Notes under the pieces: generated by a model | Told to the model about the DNA's origin: nothing | Database searches by the model: none | The model's input: only the letters and a program-made list of their open reading frames with translations | In this document: piece after piece, positions 1 through 9,393 of the stretch | Layout: each line of letters opens with the position of its first letter | How positions within the stretch are numbered: the first letter of the stretch is position 1 | Source: an uncultured virus (IMG/VR IMGVR_UViG_3300025470_000020) | Lineage: Duplodnaviria; Heunggongvirae; Uroviricota; Caudoviricetes | Direction: 5' to 3' (one strand) | IMG/VR virus record: IMGVR_UViG_3300025470_000020 | Length of the DNA: 64,000 nt | Program-made: the position numbers and the translations under genes

Positions 1-1124
1 TCCATAAACAATTTAACTTTATTATAGTTTGTTAAAGATAATTGTGATGTTCTTGTTGGAACATATTTTTCTAAAAAGATATCGTGTGAATAAGCATCAG
101 GTTTAGAACCAATATATGGAATATCTTTTTGATTTTTATTTGTTGTTGCCATTTTAAGAACGGCTTGTGGTGTTTCATATACCTTATCACCAAATCTATT
201 AGTTACTCCGTTAGTGATTGAATATTTGTTTAATTGTGTTGAGTTATTAAAGTAAGTATCGTAATTAAAATCTACAATGTTCCATCTCAATAATAGAGGA
301 TCGATTGTGATTAGTCTATTCGCAAATACACCTGTGTTAATAGCATTAAGAGTATCAAAAGCATCAACAATTTGATATGAATTAACACCATAGAATTTTT
401 GGTCTTGTGTTCCAGTTTTGTTATCTATATTTTTAGGTGCATAAGTGTATGTTCGTAAAGGGTCTTGCATGAATAGTGTTTGTAGTGAAAAGAAATGAAA
501 ACCTTGTGAGTCTTCAAATAACAACATATCTGAACCATAACTACCTGGTGTTGCTGATTGAGCATATGTTGATACCCAATTAATAGCTTCAAGTGGTTTA
601 AAGTTTGGAACAATAAAACTATAAACACCTTGCGTTTCTTCTATATCTACTACTTTATTATTTGGATCAACTTTAAGATAGTTTGTTAATATATCAGTAA
701 TAATATCTGATATTTTTTTATCTTTATAAGATTTACTTACTTTGTATTGTTCAGAAAGAACTAACTCATCAGAACAAAAATTGATAACATAACCTTCTGT
801 TGTTGAATTGCCTACGAGTTGTCTTGAAGATATTTTGTGAACACGGAATATTAAATCATTTATAAAATCATCTTCCGAAGCTTTAGTGAATGATATACGA
901 ATATATTCATTACCAATCATATGCAACTTTTCAATAAGACCTTGTGCATCTGAAATCTGTAAATAACCAGAAACACAATTACTAAAGATGTCTTCAAAGT
1001 AAGTTAATTCAACAAGTGAATTTTTTAAATCAAATGAACCGCCTGATGTTAATAATACAAGTGTTTTTAGATTATAGTCCTGAGCATACGTTACTCCAGG
1101 AGTTACAAGATTTGGATTTGCCAT
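1..1124 (-). CDS. baseplate hub protein, gp27-like (3' end runs off the window)
   Basis: Manually read frame from ATG 1124 (MANPNLVTPGVTYAQDYNLKTL...ELTYFEDIFSNCVSGYLQISDAQGLIEKL). It directly follows gp53, the usual position of this gene in T4-like phages. Confidence 0.6.
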   Translation of the reverse strand, partial: MANPNLVTPGVTYAQDYNLKTLVLLTSGGSFDLKNSLVELTYFEDIFSNCVSGYLQISDAQGLIEKLHMIGNEYIRISFTKASEDDFINDLIFRVHKISSRQLVGNSTTEGYVINFCSDELVLSEQYKVSKSYKDKKISDIITDILTNYLKVDPNNKVVDIEETQGVYSFIVPNFKPLEAINWVSTYAQSATPGSYGSDMLLFEDSQGFHFFSLQTLFMQDPLRTYTYAPKNIDNKTGTQDQKFYGVNSYQIVDAFDTLNAINTGVFANRLITIDPLLLRWNIVDFNYDTYFNNSTQLNKYSITNGVTNRFGDKVYETPQAVLKMATTNKNQKDIPYIGSKPDAYSHDIFLEKYVPTRTSQLSLTNYNKVKLFM

Positions 1125-1125
1125 A

Positions 1126-1773
1126 TTAACGACTCATCAATGATTTAAATTGTTTCTCAAAATCTCCAACAAAGGCAGAGTTTATAAGATTAATTGTTCT
1201 ATTAGATTCATTTTGTTCCACTTCCCAATCATATATGTAAACAACTTGTGTTGATACGGTATATGTTGCTGTATCAGTAACATTTCCATTTGTGTCATAG
1301 AATTGAACTGTTTCACTACCTTGAACTGTAGAGTTATACGTTGCTAAATCAATCACATAATTATTAGATGTTGTGGTTTGAGATGCTGTGTCATATGTTA
1401 CAACTGTTTTTCTATATTCGTATACTGTTGATTGAGTGTATGCCAAAGGTGTCACATTAGCCGTATTGGCTGCAGCCGCATATTTGTCATTGATGTAATC
1501 TGTAAATTCATTATAGGTTAATGGCCATTGCCATTGTGGGTCTATAATTTGATTAGCAAACAATACTAACCAATATCTGTATGGATCATTATAATATTTG
1601 TTAGCAATAATTTCTGGTGTATCACCATCTTTGATGTCATACTGATAAAATATAGCAGGATTATTAAGTAAACTTTGAACAATACTTGAACGTGCTAAAA
1701 GATTAACTGCAGCTATGTTTTTACCATAAGGGTCTTTAGTTACAATTAATGGTAATGTTCTAAAGTAATGCAT
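1126..1773 (-). CDS. 53: baseplate wedge subunit gp53
   Basis: YDIKDGDTPEIIANKYYNDP..YWLVLFAN.IIDPQWQWP LysM-like signature; synteny with gp48. Confidence 0.9.
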   Translation of the reverse strand: MHYFRTLPLIVTKDPYGKNIAAVNLLARSSIVQSLLNNPAIFYQYDIKDGDTPEIIANKYYNDPYRYWLVLFANQIIDPQWQWPLTYNEFTDYINDKYAAAANTANVTPLAYTQSTVYEYRKTVVTYDTASQTTTSNNYVIDLATYNSTVQGSETVQFYDTNGNVTDTATYTVSTQVVYIYDWEVEQNESNRTINLINSAFVGDFEKQFKSLMSR

Positions 1774-2834
1774 TATCTAACATCCTTATTATAAATGTCA
1801 CGGTGCATAATATTCATTTCTTTGAATTGTAATGTTAATCGTGTTTGAACAGGAAAACCATCTTGATAAGCAGCAAAACCATTTGGTGCATAATCTACAG
1901 TAATATTAGTTAATACAGAATCACCAACTTTATATAAGTTTAAATTTTCTGAAGCAGAATCACTTGATAAACTTGGACCTTTAGAACCACCAGATACGGT
2001 TGTTCCTGGATTTTGCATGATTGATGATACAATAGATGAAGCTGAACCGTCAAGATTAATAAATTTAAAACTTAAATTAAAGATTGAAGGCATAACAAAG
2101 TATTGACCTTCACCAGCCGCAGCTGCACCTGAAATTTGTGGTAATGAAGCGTATGTGAATGTGTCAATAATTGATTTGACCATATCTGCTTCTATTGTTG
2201 ATTTAGGTGTAAATATAAACTCTAATTGGTATTCACGAAGATTGATACCTTTATACAACAATTGTAATTGTGGATTGACTGCGTAACCTGTAGCTTTTAA
2301 TAAGATATCACCGCCTTGTTTTGATCCTGTCACAGCATTAAAAGCTGCACCACCGGCAGTTTCTACAAGGCCTGGAACTAAATTCTTACCACCTTTATAC
2401 ATATCGTAACCACCTTCAGCTGCACGACCTACTGTTCCTAATTCAGTAGTTAATTCAAAAGACTCGTAGTTTGATGAATAAGACATATTCAATGTGTCTG
2501 GCATGTATAATGTGATTGTTGCTACAATACCTGTTTTAGGCACATCTAGAGCTGCAACAACACCTTTTTTCTCAATTAGACCTTTAGGATTAACTGAAAT
2601 TTCGGGTTTTGATTCACCATTCAATGCTGCAACATCTTTTATAGTAAAAACAACACAATGTGCTTTAGTTGGATTAGTACCAATATCTTGTGGATACCAA
2701 TAGTTTTTACTTTGACCTTTTGGTGGTTGGTCTAATGCTTGAAGAGGACCGTTTGCACCTCTTGGTCTTGGACCAGTTTGTGCTGCCAAAATGTTTGCTT
2801 GAGCTATAAGTGGATTATTCGGTGAAGCTGCCAT
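1773..2834 (-). CDS. 48: baseplate tail-tube cap gp48
   Basis: ITLYMP, NPQLQLLYKG..LREYQLEFIFTPKS..EA and VLTNITVDYAP...FPVQTRLTLQFKE motifs. Confidence 0.85.
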   Translation of the reverse strand: MAASPNNPLIAQANILAAQTGPRPRGANGPLQALDQPPKGQSKNYWYPQDIGTNPTKAHCVVFTIKDVAALNGESKPEISVNPKGLIEKKGVVAALDVPKTGIVATITLYMPDTLNMSYSSNYESFELTTELGTVGRAAEGGYDMYKGGKNLVPGLVETAGGAAFNAVTGSKQGGDILLKATGYAVNPQLQLLYKGINLREYQLEFIFTPKSTIEADMVKSIIDTFTYASLPQISGAAAAGEGQYFVMPSIFNLSFKFINLDGSASSIVSSIMQNPGTTVSGGSKGPSLSSDSASENLNLYKVGDSVLTNITVDYAPNGFAAYQDGFPVQTRLTLQFKEMNIMHRDIYNKDVR

Positions 2835-2862
2835 TACATTCTCTGATTGGATTGATAATATA

Positions 2863-2870
2863 TATTTATA
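2863..2870 (-). promoter_or_regulatory. T4-type late promoter TATAAATA
   Basis: Exact TATAAATA on the minus strand, about 30 nt upstream of gp48. Confidence 0.75.
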
Positions 2871-3307
2871 TGGCTTATTCAGGACTATTCAAACCAAAGA
2901 ACCCACAAAAGTATGTGGGCGACCCGACCAATATCGTCTATCGTTCCTCGTGGGAGTGCAAGTTTATGTCTTGGTTAGATAGAAACCCAAGCATTATCTC
3001 TTGGGCATCTGAAGAGCTTATTATACCCTATAAGTCCCCGGTTGACAATAGAATGCATCGTTATTTTCCTGATTTTGTTGTAAAAGTCCAAAATAAAGAA
3101 GGTAAAACTAAAACAATGGTTCTTGAAGTTAAACCTAAAAAACAATCATTACCACCTGAACCAAGAAAACGAGTGACTAAACAATATATCAATGAAGTTA
3201 TGACCTATGGTGTCAATCAAGCTAAATGGCATGCAGCTAATGAATTCTGTTTAGATAGAGGTTGGGAGTTTAGGGTGCTAACTGAAAAAGATTTAGGAAT
3301 TGGCTAA
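2870..3307 (+). CDS. 4: head completion nuclease gp4 (TnsA-like)
   Basis: MAYSGLFKPKNPQKYVGDPTNIVYRSSWE...YFPDF...EVKP. Start corrected to ATG 2870. Confidence 0.92.
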   Translation: MAYSGLFKPKNPQKYVGDPTNIVYRSSWECKFMSWLDRNPSIISWASEELIIPYKSPVDNRMHRYFPDFVVKVQNKEGKTKTMVLEVKPKKQSLPPEPRKRVTKQYINEVMTYGVNQAKWHAANEFCLDRGWEFRVLTEKDLGIG

Positions 3308-3859
3308 ACCAATATATTCGTATAATCTATTCAATTCTATTAAATCTAATTCAAATTTTTCTGTATAAATTGGTTTAGATGGGCATCTTGTTTTAATCTC
3401 ATTGACTGTAAATAATTCAAATGATTTACCTGTTGTGTCTTGACATAAAGCTTGATAGTATCGTAAAGTTGAATCTTTTACTGCATTTTGACCACAAACT
3501 ACTGCAAACTTAATATCTGAATTAGTTGCTCTTTTGATGTCATTGAAATTAGCAACTGCTCTAACACAATGTGAGGCGTCAAAGTAACATTTAGCTTCAA
3601 TAGCAATCTTTAATTCATTATTTGTTCTTACTCTTATGTGCCTATCGACTTGAACATTATCTCTCTTTTCTGATAGACAATATGAGGTAAGGTAATCATT
3701 CTTTAATGATACTAGATTTGGATAGAGTTTAACAATATCATCTATCAGATGTTCAAATAAATTACCAGATGCAGCTGCTGCTTTTCTAGCACCTACTTCA
3801 CGATAGATTTGTTCTAATAAATTTAAATTGTGATTATAATTATCTATAATATTTTTCAT
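3293..3859 (-). CDS. PD-(D/E)XK restriction-endonuclease-like protein
   Basis: SGNLFE...VD...IAIEAK pattern. It lies on the opposite strand between gp4 and gp2 and has its own promoter. Confidence 0.55.
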   Translation of the reverse strand: MKNIIDNYNHNLNLLEQIYREVGARKAAAASGNLFEHLIDDIVKLYPNLVSLKNDYLTSYCLSEKRDNVQVDRHIRVRTNNELKIAIEAKCYFDASHCVRAVANFNDIKRATNSDIKFAVVCGQNAVKDSTLRYYQALCQDTTGKSFELFTVNEIKTRCPSKPIYTEKFELDLIELNRLYEYIGLANS

Positions 3860-3866
3860 ACATATG

Positions 3867-3895
3867 ATTATATATCGAATCAAATAAAAAGTCAA
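3867..3895 (-). promoter_or_regulatory. sigma70-type promoter TTGACT-N17-TATAAT
   Basis: Read directly; the -10 ends 7 nt before ATG 3859. Confidence 0.7.
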
Positions 3896-3917
3896 TGGAA
3901 AACGAATAAATACTACA

Positions 3918-4514
3918 ATGGCCTCTTTACTTACAAAATTATCAGCAGAAAAGTCTGCATCTGAAACACAAATGTTATCTCGTCAATCTATACAATGGTT
4001 GACCAATAAGATAGCAACATTAAGAAATATGAGGTCTGTACCTACTGCTATTAGTAGAGAACAATTCAGACAAGTAAACCAATTTAAATTGGGTCGTTTA
4101 TATTTCTTCTATTATGACCCAAAAGGTAAAGATGATTTACCATATTATGATAAGTTTCCACTTGTATTAGCATTAGAAAAATACAATGACGGATTTTTAG
4201 GGTTGAACCTACATTACTTGCCAATTAGATATAGAGTGGCATTTTTAGGTAAACTTTTGGATTTTGCGTCCATGAATGATAAAGATGAAATTACAAGGAT
4301 TCGTATCACTTACGATATTTTGAACGCCACGAAACACCTAAAAGAGTTTAGGCCATGTATTAAACAATATTTGATGAGTAATGTTAAGTCTAAAATACTT
4401 GCCGTTGAACCACATGAGTGGGAAGTGGCAACATTCTTACCTATTCATCAGTTCAAGAAAGCTAAAGCTGAAAAAGTATGGGAAGATTCAGTTAAAGAAA
4501 TTAAGGAGCAATAA
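3918..4514 (+). CDS. 2: DNA end protector protein gp2
   Basis: GRLYFFYYDPK.KDDLPYYDKFPLV...GFLGLNLHYL...CIKQYL; AATAAATA late-like promoter at 3905-3912. Confidence 0.92.
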   Translation: MASLLTKLSAEKSASETQMLSRQSIQWLTNKIATLRNMRSVPTAISREQFRQVNQFKLGRLYFFYYDPKGKDDLPYYDKFPLVLALEKYNDGFLGLNLHYLPIRYRVAFLGKLLDFASMNDKDEITRIRITYDILNATKHLKEFRPCIKQYLMSNVKSKILAVEPHEWEVATFLPIHQFKKAKAEKVWEDSVKEIKEQ

Positions 4515-4515
4515 A

Positions 4516-5154
4516 ATGGCATCAAACTTAAACGAGTTTCTATCTACCTTCACGTCGGATGTATCAAGGCCAAATAAGTTCTATGTTGTGGTCAATGTAC
4601 CTCCGTTTTTACTATCACAATATTCTAATATGCCTAGAGCACTTTCATTTCGTTGTGAAACGGCAGAAATTCCAGGTAGAACAATTAATACGATTGACCA
4701 AAAGTTTGGTTCTAATCCTATTGAGAAGTTTCCAAACCAATCATCATATAATGATTTAACATTAACATTTATTGTTTCAGATGACATGAGTGAAAAAGCT
4801 TTCTTTGATGCCTGGATGGATTTTATTAATCCTACAAGTAACTTTAATTTTAAATATAAAGTCGATTATGCTGTACCAATATACATCAATCAATATGATG
4901 TGACGGATCAATTGTCATTCCAAGTGGAATGTATTGATGCTTATCCTATAGCAATTAATCAATTAGATTTAGATTGGTCAAGTGATGGCCATCATAAATT
5001 AACGGTAGTATTTGCATATACATATTATAATACATACCCACAACAAGCAGGTGTATCATTACCAACAGATACAGCTCTTGGTATATCTTCACAACTACAA
5101 GGTGCGCCTTTCCCACCACCTCCACCACCTAATGGTGTTAATTTTGGGTTATAG
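4516..5154 (+). CDS. tail tube / baseplate tail-tube initiator (gp19/gp54 family)
   Basis: SRPNKFYV..LSFRCETAEIPGR...DAYPIAI...LTVVFAY. Start corrected to ATG 4516 after AAGGAG. Confidence 0.8.
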   Translation: MASNLNEFLSTFTSDVSRPNKFYVVVNVPPFLLSQYSNMPRALSFRCETAEIPGRTINTIDQKFGSNPIEKFPNQSSYNDLTLTFIVSDDMSEKAFFDAWMDFINPTSNFNFKYKVDYAVPIYINQYDVTDQLSFQVECIDAYPIAINQLDLDWSSDGHHKLTVVFAYTYYNTYPQQAGVSLPTDTALGISSQLQGAPFPPPPPPNGVNFGL

Positions 5155-5177
5155 ATTATTAATTAGGAGATAATATT

Positions 5178-5903
5178 ATGGCTTTGCCAAAAATTGATGT
5201 GCCGGTCTACCAAATTGATTTGCCTTTATCTAAAAAGCATATTAATTTTAGACCATTTTTAGTAAAAGAACAAAAGAATTTATTGATGGCAATGGAATCA
5301 TCTGATTCTGAAACCATTGAACAAAACATAAAACAAATTCTTACAAATTGCACCATATCAGAAAATATAGATATTGATTCATTACCAATTATTGATATTG
5401 AATACTACTTCTTGCAATTACGAGCAAGGTCTGTTGGTGAAATTATAGAAAACAAATATAAGTGTAATAATGTTGTAGAAGATAAAGAATGTGGTAATTT
5501 AATGGATGTAAAATTAAATATCTTTGATGTTAAAGTAGACATGAAAGAAGATTTAAAAGATGTCATTCAATTAACAGATAAAATTTCTGTCAAATTAAAC
5601 TACCCAAAATTCTCAGCAATCAAACGAGCATCAAAGTTTGAAAATTCAGCTGACATGGCATTTGATATGATTGCTAGTTCTATTGAATATGTTTACGATG
5701 GTGAACAATTCTATTACGCTAAAGAAACAGATCCTGGTGAGATGATTGATTTTATCGAATCACTTAATACTGAACAGTTTAGTAAATTGGAAGAATTCTT
5801 TGCTAATTTGCCAAAGATGAAACAAACTGTTGCTATGAAATGTAAGAAGTGTGGTTTTGGCCACAGCATAGATGTGGAGGGTCTGGAAAGTTTTTTCGGT
5901 TAG
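5178..5903 (+). CDS. 26: baseplate hub assembly protein gp26
   Basis: MALPKID.P...FRPFLVKEQK.LLMA...FLQLRARSVGE...C..C...EGLESFF. Confidence 0.9.
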   Translation: MALPKIDVPVYQIDLPLSKKHINFRPFLVKEQKNLLMAMESSDSETIEQNIKQILTNCTISENIDIDSLPIIDIEYYFLQLRARSVGEIIENKYKCNNVVEDKECGNLMDVKLNIFDVKVDMKEDLKDVIQLTDKISVKLNYPKFSAIKRASKFENSADMAFDMIASSIEYVYDGEQFYYAKETDPGEMIDFIESLNTEQFSKLEEFFANLPKMKQTVAMKCKKCGFGHSIDVEGLESFFG

Positions 5904-6091
5904 TTTTTTGTCATGACAACTTGAGTAATTATTACCGCACTAACTTTTCATTGATTCAGCATCACAAATATAGCCTGGCAGAGCTAGAGAATATGCTGCC
6001 TTGGGAGCGTGATATCTATGTCACCATGTTAATACAGCATATTGAAGAAGAAAACGAAAAGATTAAACAACGAAACGCTGCTAACAAATGA
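5849..6091 (+). CDS. 51: gp51-like baseplate hub assembly catalyst (probably reached by frameshift from gp26)
   Basis: NYYRTNFSLIQHHKYSLAELENMLPWERDIY signature; no convincing ATG or RBS of its own. Confidence 0.8.
   Translation: MWFWPQHRCGGSGKFFRLVFCHDNLSNYYRTNFSLIQHHKYSLAELENMLPWERDIYVTMLIQHIEEENEKIKQRNAANK
5891..5897 (+). other. candidate -1 slippery heptamer T TTT TTC
   Basis: X XXY YYZ heptamer in the gp26 reading frame, one codon before its stop. The -1 frame stays open into the gp51-like sequence. Confidence 0.6.
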
Positions 6092-7662
6092 TAACCAAAA
6101 AACTAGGCGAAGAAGTTTATGTTTGGGATCCTTTAGCCTTTATGGGTAAAGGATATTGGTTCATTCTTGGCAAAAATGGAAAGTATGGGCGTGCTGCTTC
6201 TAAAAAAGATGCTACAAAATTAGGTAAGATTAAACCTGAATCCAAAGCAGAAGTTCCTAAAAAAGATATCATTAAAGCTTCACCAATTTCAAATAATACA
6301 CCTATACCTGAAGTATCAGAAGAAACCAAAGAATCTGTAGAAAAAACTACCAAGAAATTTTCTCCTGAAAATATGGCAAAAGGTATTATGAAAGGAAAAA
6401 GTTTTTTATCACCTGAAGAACACACCAAACACGAAAAACTAAAAGCAAGAGCAAAGCCTAGAAAAGAAAATGTATTCAAAAAACATTTAGGTTTAATATA
6501 TGCTTTAGTTAAAACTAAAATTGAAGAAGATAAGTTGAAAATGGAATTAGCTAAAGATTTCCATAAACAACAAGAAAATGATGAACAAAAAAGACATGAA
6601 GAATTAGTTTCAGCTTTAGGTGGAAAAGGTGTAAGGCCTACATCTAAAGAAGATAAGAAAAAACAAAAAGAGAAAAAAGAAAGTAATACATTATTAAAAG
6701 CAATTATAGGATTTGTTACTGGTGGAATAGTTGGTCTACTTACTGATTCAAAAAAAAGTGTAGATAAAACAAGCCAAGATATAGATAAGAGTAAAAGTGA
6801 TGCTGATAAAATGAAAAGTGATTCTGCTGATTTGGATTCAAAAGAAGCGGAGAAGAAAAAAACAACAGTATCAACAAGAGAAGGTGCACCTGCACCTACA
6901 AAAGCGCCTGGCGCAGGTAGACCTCCATCAAGACCTCCATCTGGTGCACCAGCTGGTAAACCTTTACCACCATCTCAAGCAGAAAAAGCAATTGCAGGTG
7001 GTGATCCAGTTAAAGCTATGATTGTTCGACATGAAGGTGTTCGTATGGCACCTTATAAAGATAGTTTAGGATTATGGACAGTAGGTGTTGGTCATCTTAT
7101 TGGTGACGGTAAATCTCTACCATCTGAATGGAATAAAACATTTTCAGCAGAAGAAGTTAAAGACTTATTTGACCAAGATTATGAGTATCACAAAAAGGCT
7201 GCTGAAAAGATACCAGGTTATTCTAATGTTAAGGGGCCAGGACAAGGCGCATTGATTGATTTGACTTTTAATATGGGTCCAGTTTGGTATAAAAAATGGC
7301 CTACATTCACTAAAAAGTTATCTGGTGGTGACATTCAAGGTGCAGCTGGTGAATTAGAAAAGAGTAAATGGTACACACAAGTAGGTAAACGTGGTCCTGA
7401 TATTGTTGCTATGTTACAATCATCAGATAAAGGTGGTTCATCGTCAGCGGATGCAACACCAAGCAATAGAAATACAGGCGCACAATTAGCAAGTGCTTCA
7501 TCCACCAATAAAGATATGAAAGCTGACCAAGCATCATCTGGTCAAAACACAGTTATTGTAAATAATAATAACACAACAGTAGCAAAGAGCACCACAACAA
7601 AAACTAATGTAGTTCCACAAAAAAACGATAATTCAGTATTAACGCAGGCACAATATGGATAA
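6088..7662 (+). CDS. tape-measure/hub-like protein with GH24 (T4-lysozyme-like) domain
   Basis: RHEGVRMAPYKDSLGLWTVGVGHLI...ALIDLTFNMG...SKWYTQVGKRG lysozyme domain, coiled-coil N-half, position after gp26/51. Confidence 0.75.
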   Translation: MITKKLGEEVYVWDPLAFMGKGYWFILGKNGKYGRAASKKDATKLGKIKPESKAEVPKKDIIKASPISNNTPIPEVSEETKESVEKTTKKFSPENMAKGIMKGKSFLSPEEHTKHEKLKARAKPRKENVFKKHLGLIYALVKTKIEEDKLKMELAKDFHKQQENDEQKRHEELVSALGGKGVRPTSKEDKKKQKEKKESNTLLKAIIGFVTGGIVGLLTDSKKSVDKTSQDIDKSKSDADKMKSDSADLDSKEAEKKKTTVSTREGAPAPTKAPGAGRPPSRPPSGAPAGKPLPPSQAEKAIAGGDPVKAMIVRHEGVRMAPYKDSLGLWTVGVGHLIGDGKSLPSEWNKTFSAEEVKDLFDQDYEYHKKAAEKIPGYSNVKGPGQGALIDLTFNMGPVWYKKWPTFTKKLSGGDIQGAAGELEKSKWYTQVGKRGPDIVAMLQSSDKGGSSSADATPSNRNTGAQLASASSTNKDMKADQASSGQNTVIVNNNNTTVAKSTTTKTNVVPQKNDNSVLTQAQYG

Positions 7663-9340
7663 CCTTATAACTAAAAAATTAGATGGACATACTTGGGTTT
7701 GGGATCCTTTAGCCTTTATGGGTAAAGGTTATTGGTTTATGCTTGGTAAAAACGGCAACTATGGTCGTGCTGCTTCTAAAAAAGAAGCCGCTTCATTAGG
7801 CAAAATTGATAAAACAGAAACCGAACCAGCATCAGAAAAAGTCTATAAACAAGAAAAGGGTAAACCCGGAAAAGAATCTGAATTTGCTAAAGCAGGAGAA
7901 ATTAGAAAAAAAGGTTTCTCTAAAATGGTTGCTGAAAAATTAGCATCAGGCCAATCTTTAGGTAAATCATTAAAATCTACCATATCAGAAAAAACAAAAG
8001 CAAAAGCGGTTGGTATGAGAGAGAAGTTTAATCCAATGAATATTGCTAAAGGTATGTTTGGTGAAGCAGGCGCAATGTATGTTGGCAAAAAAATGGGCGC
8101 AAAAAAAGAAGATATTGAATATTTTTCTGATACAAAAATACCAAATAAGTTAGAAGACGAGAAAGCAAAGAAAAAGAAAAGTAAGGAACCTGAATCTGAA
8201 CCTACTGCTACTAAAGTTCCATCAGCAGGAAAAAGTAATGCTACTACCGAAAATATGTCTGACACCAAAACTATGAAAGGTTCAGCAGATACTATTATTG
8301 TAAAACTTTATGAATTACTTAAAAAGAATTTTGATGATAAAAAAACTCAAGATGAGTTAATGAAAGACTTTGAACAAGAAAGAAAAAATACTCAAGAAAA
8401 AAGACACAAAGAATTAATTGAAGCAATTAAAAGTAGAGGTGATGGTAAAGGTTTAGCTGAAAAAATTGGAGATAAAGTTAAAGAAGCAAAACAAGGATTC
8501 ATGGAAAAACTTATCTCTGGTTTAGGTAAAATGTTTGAGATATTTGAAGGTATTGGTGCATTTATTTCAATGATTGCACCATTATTAGCTGGTCTTGCTG
8601 AATTATTTGTACCAATACTTGCTGTTATAGCTGCTGTTATTGCCGTAGTTGCATTATTTAAACTAGGTAAATGGTTATGGAATAAATTCAAAGGTGCTGA
8701 CAAGAAAGCTGATGATGTAAAAAAAGATATACCAAAAGAAGTAGCATCAGGTGATACAGCAACAAAACAATCTTCTGCATCAGGCGGTGAAACACCATCA
8801 GCATCACCAACAAATTCAGGCGCAAATGGTGCATCAGGCTCAAACGGAAGTTCTGGTATGGCCGGAGCTGCAGGTTCAGACGGAAGTTCTGGTACATCTG
8901 GAGCTCCAGGTGCTTCACCTTCAGCAAGTTCTGCAGGTGCTCCAGGTTCCGCAGGAGCAGCTGGATCATCTTCAAGTGGTGCACCAGGATCAGCAGGAGC
9001 CGCTGGTTCACCAGGTGCCGCCGGAGCACCAGGTTCAGCGGGATCCGTTGGTTCTGTTGGTGCTGCTGGCGCAAGTGCAACTGCTTCACCTACATCGGCA
9101 CCAACGGCTACACCAACTGCATCGCCAAGTTCTTTAGGTTCTAAAATGACGGCTGCAACAAAAGAAAATAATGATGCTCAATTACAATCATCAGGTTCTT
9201 CAACACCTACTATTATTAATAATACATCTTCAAAAGGAATGGATATTGATCCTCCAGATGTTATGACTGGTAATTTTTCAGTGCGTAATGATGACTCAGC
9301 GTTTATGAGAGTGTTACGAATGAACACTCGAGCAGTATAA
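7655..9340 (+). CDS. tape-measure-like protein, paralog of the upstream gene, with hydrophobic segment and G/A/S-rich tract
   Basis: Shares about 45 N-terminal aa with the upstream ORF; hydrophobic stretch near aa 300-340; GAxGS repeats. Confidence 0.6.
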   Translation: MDNLITKKLDGHTWVWDPLAFMGKGYWFMLGKNGNYGRAASKKEAASLGKIDKTETEPASEKVYKQEKGKPGKESEFAKAGEIRKKGFSKMVAEKLASGQSLGKSLKSTISEKTKAKAVGMREKFNPMNIAKGMFGEAGAMYVGKKMGAKKEDIEYFSDTKIPNKLEDEKAKKKKSKEPESEPTATKVPSAGKSNATTENMSDTKTMKGSADTIIVKLYELLKKNFDDKKTQDELMKDFEQERKNTQEKRHKELIEAIKSRGDGKGLAEKIGDKVKEAKQGFMEKLISGLGKMFEIFEGIGAFISMIAPLLAGLAELFVPILAVIAAVIAVVALFKLGKWLWNKFKGADKKADDVKKDIPKEVASGDTATKQSSASGGETPSASPTNSGANGASGSNGSSGMAGAAGSDGSSGTSGAPGASPSASSAGAPGSAGAAGSSSSGAPGSAGAAGSPGAAGAPGSAGSVGSVGAAGASATASPTSAPTATPTASPSSLGSKMTAATKENNDAQLQSSGSSTPTIINNTSSKGMDIDPPDVMTGNFSVRNDDSAFMRVLRMNTRAV

Positions 9341-9364
9341 AAAAAAGGAGGCCGAAGCCTCCTT
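9341..9364 (-). terminator. Rho-independent terminator with cUUCGg loop
   Basis: Minus strand reads AAGGAGGC-TTCG-GCCTCCTT then a T-run; it sits between converging gp32 and tail genes. Confidence 0.9.
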
Positions 9365-9393
9365 CTAAAACTTTCCTTCTTTAAGGGAATGTT

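Noticed and set aside
6117..9137. Minus-strand and alternate-frame ORFs within the tape-measure-like genes (and similar short antisense ORFs throughout)
   Set aside because: They are shadows of low-complexity, biased coding sequence, with no RBS or recognisable motif.
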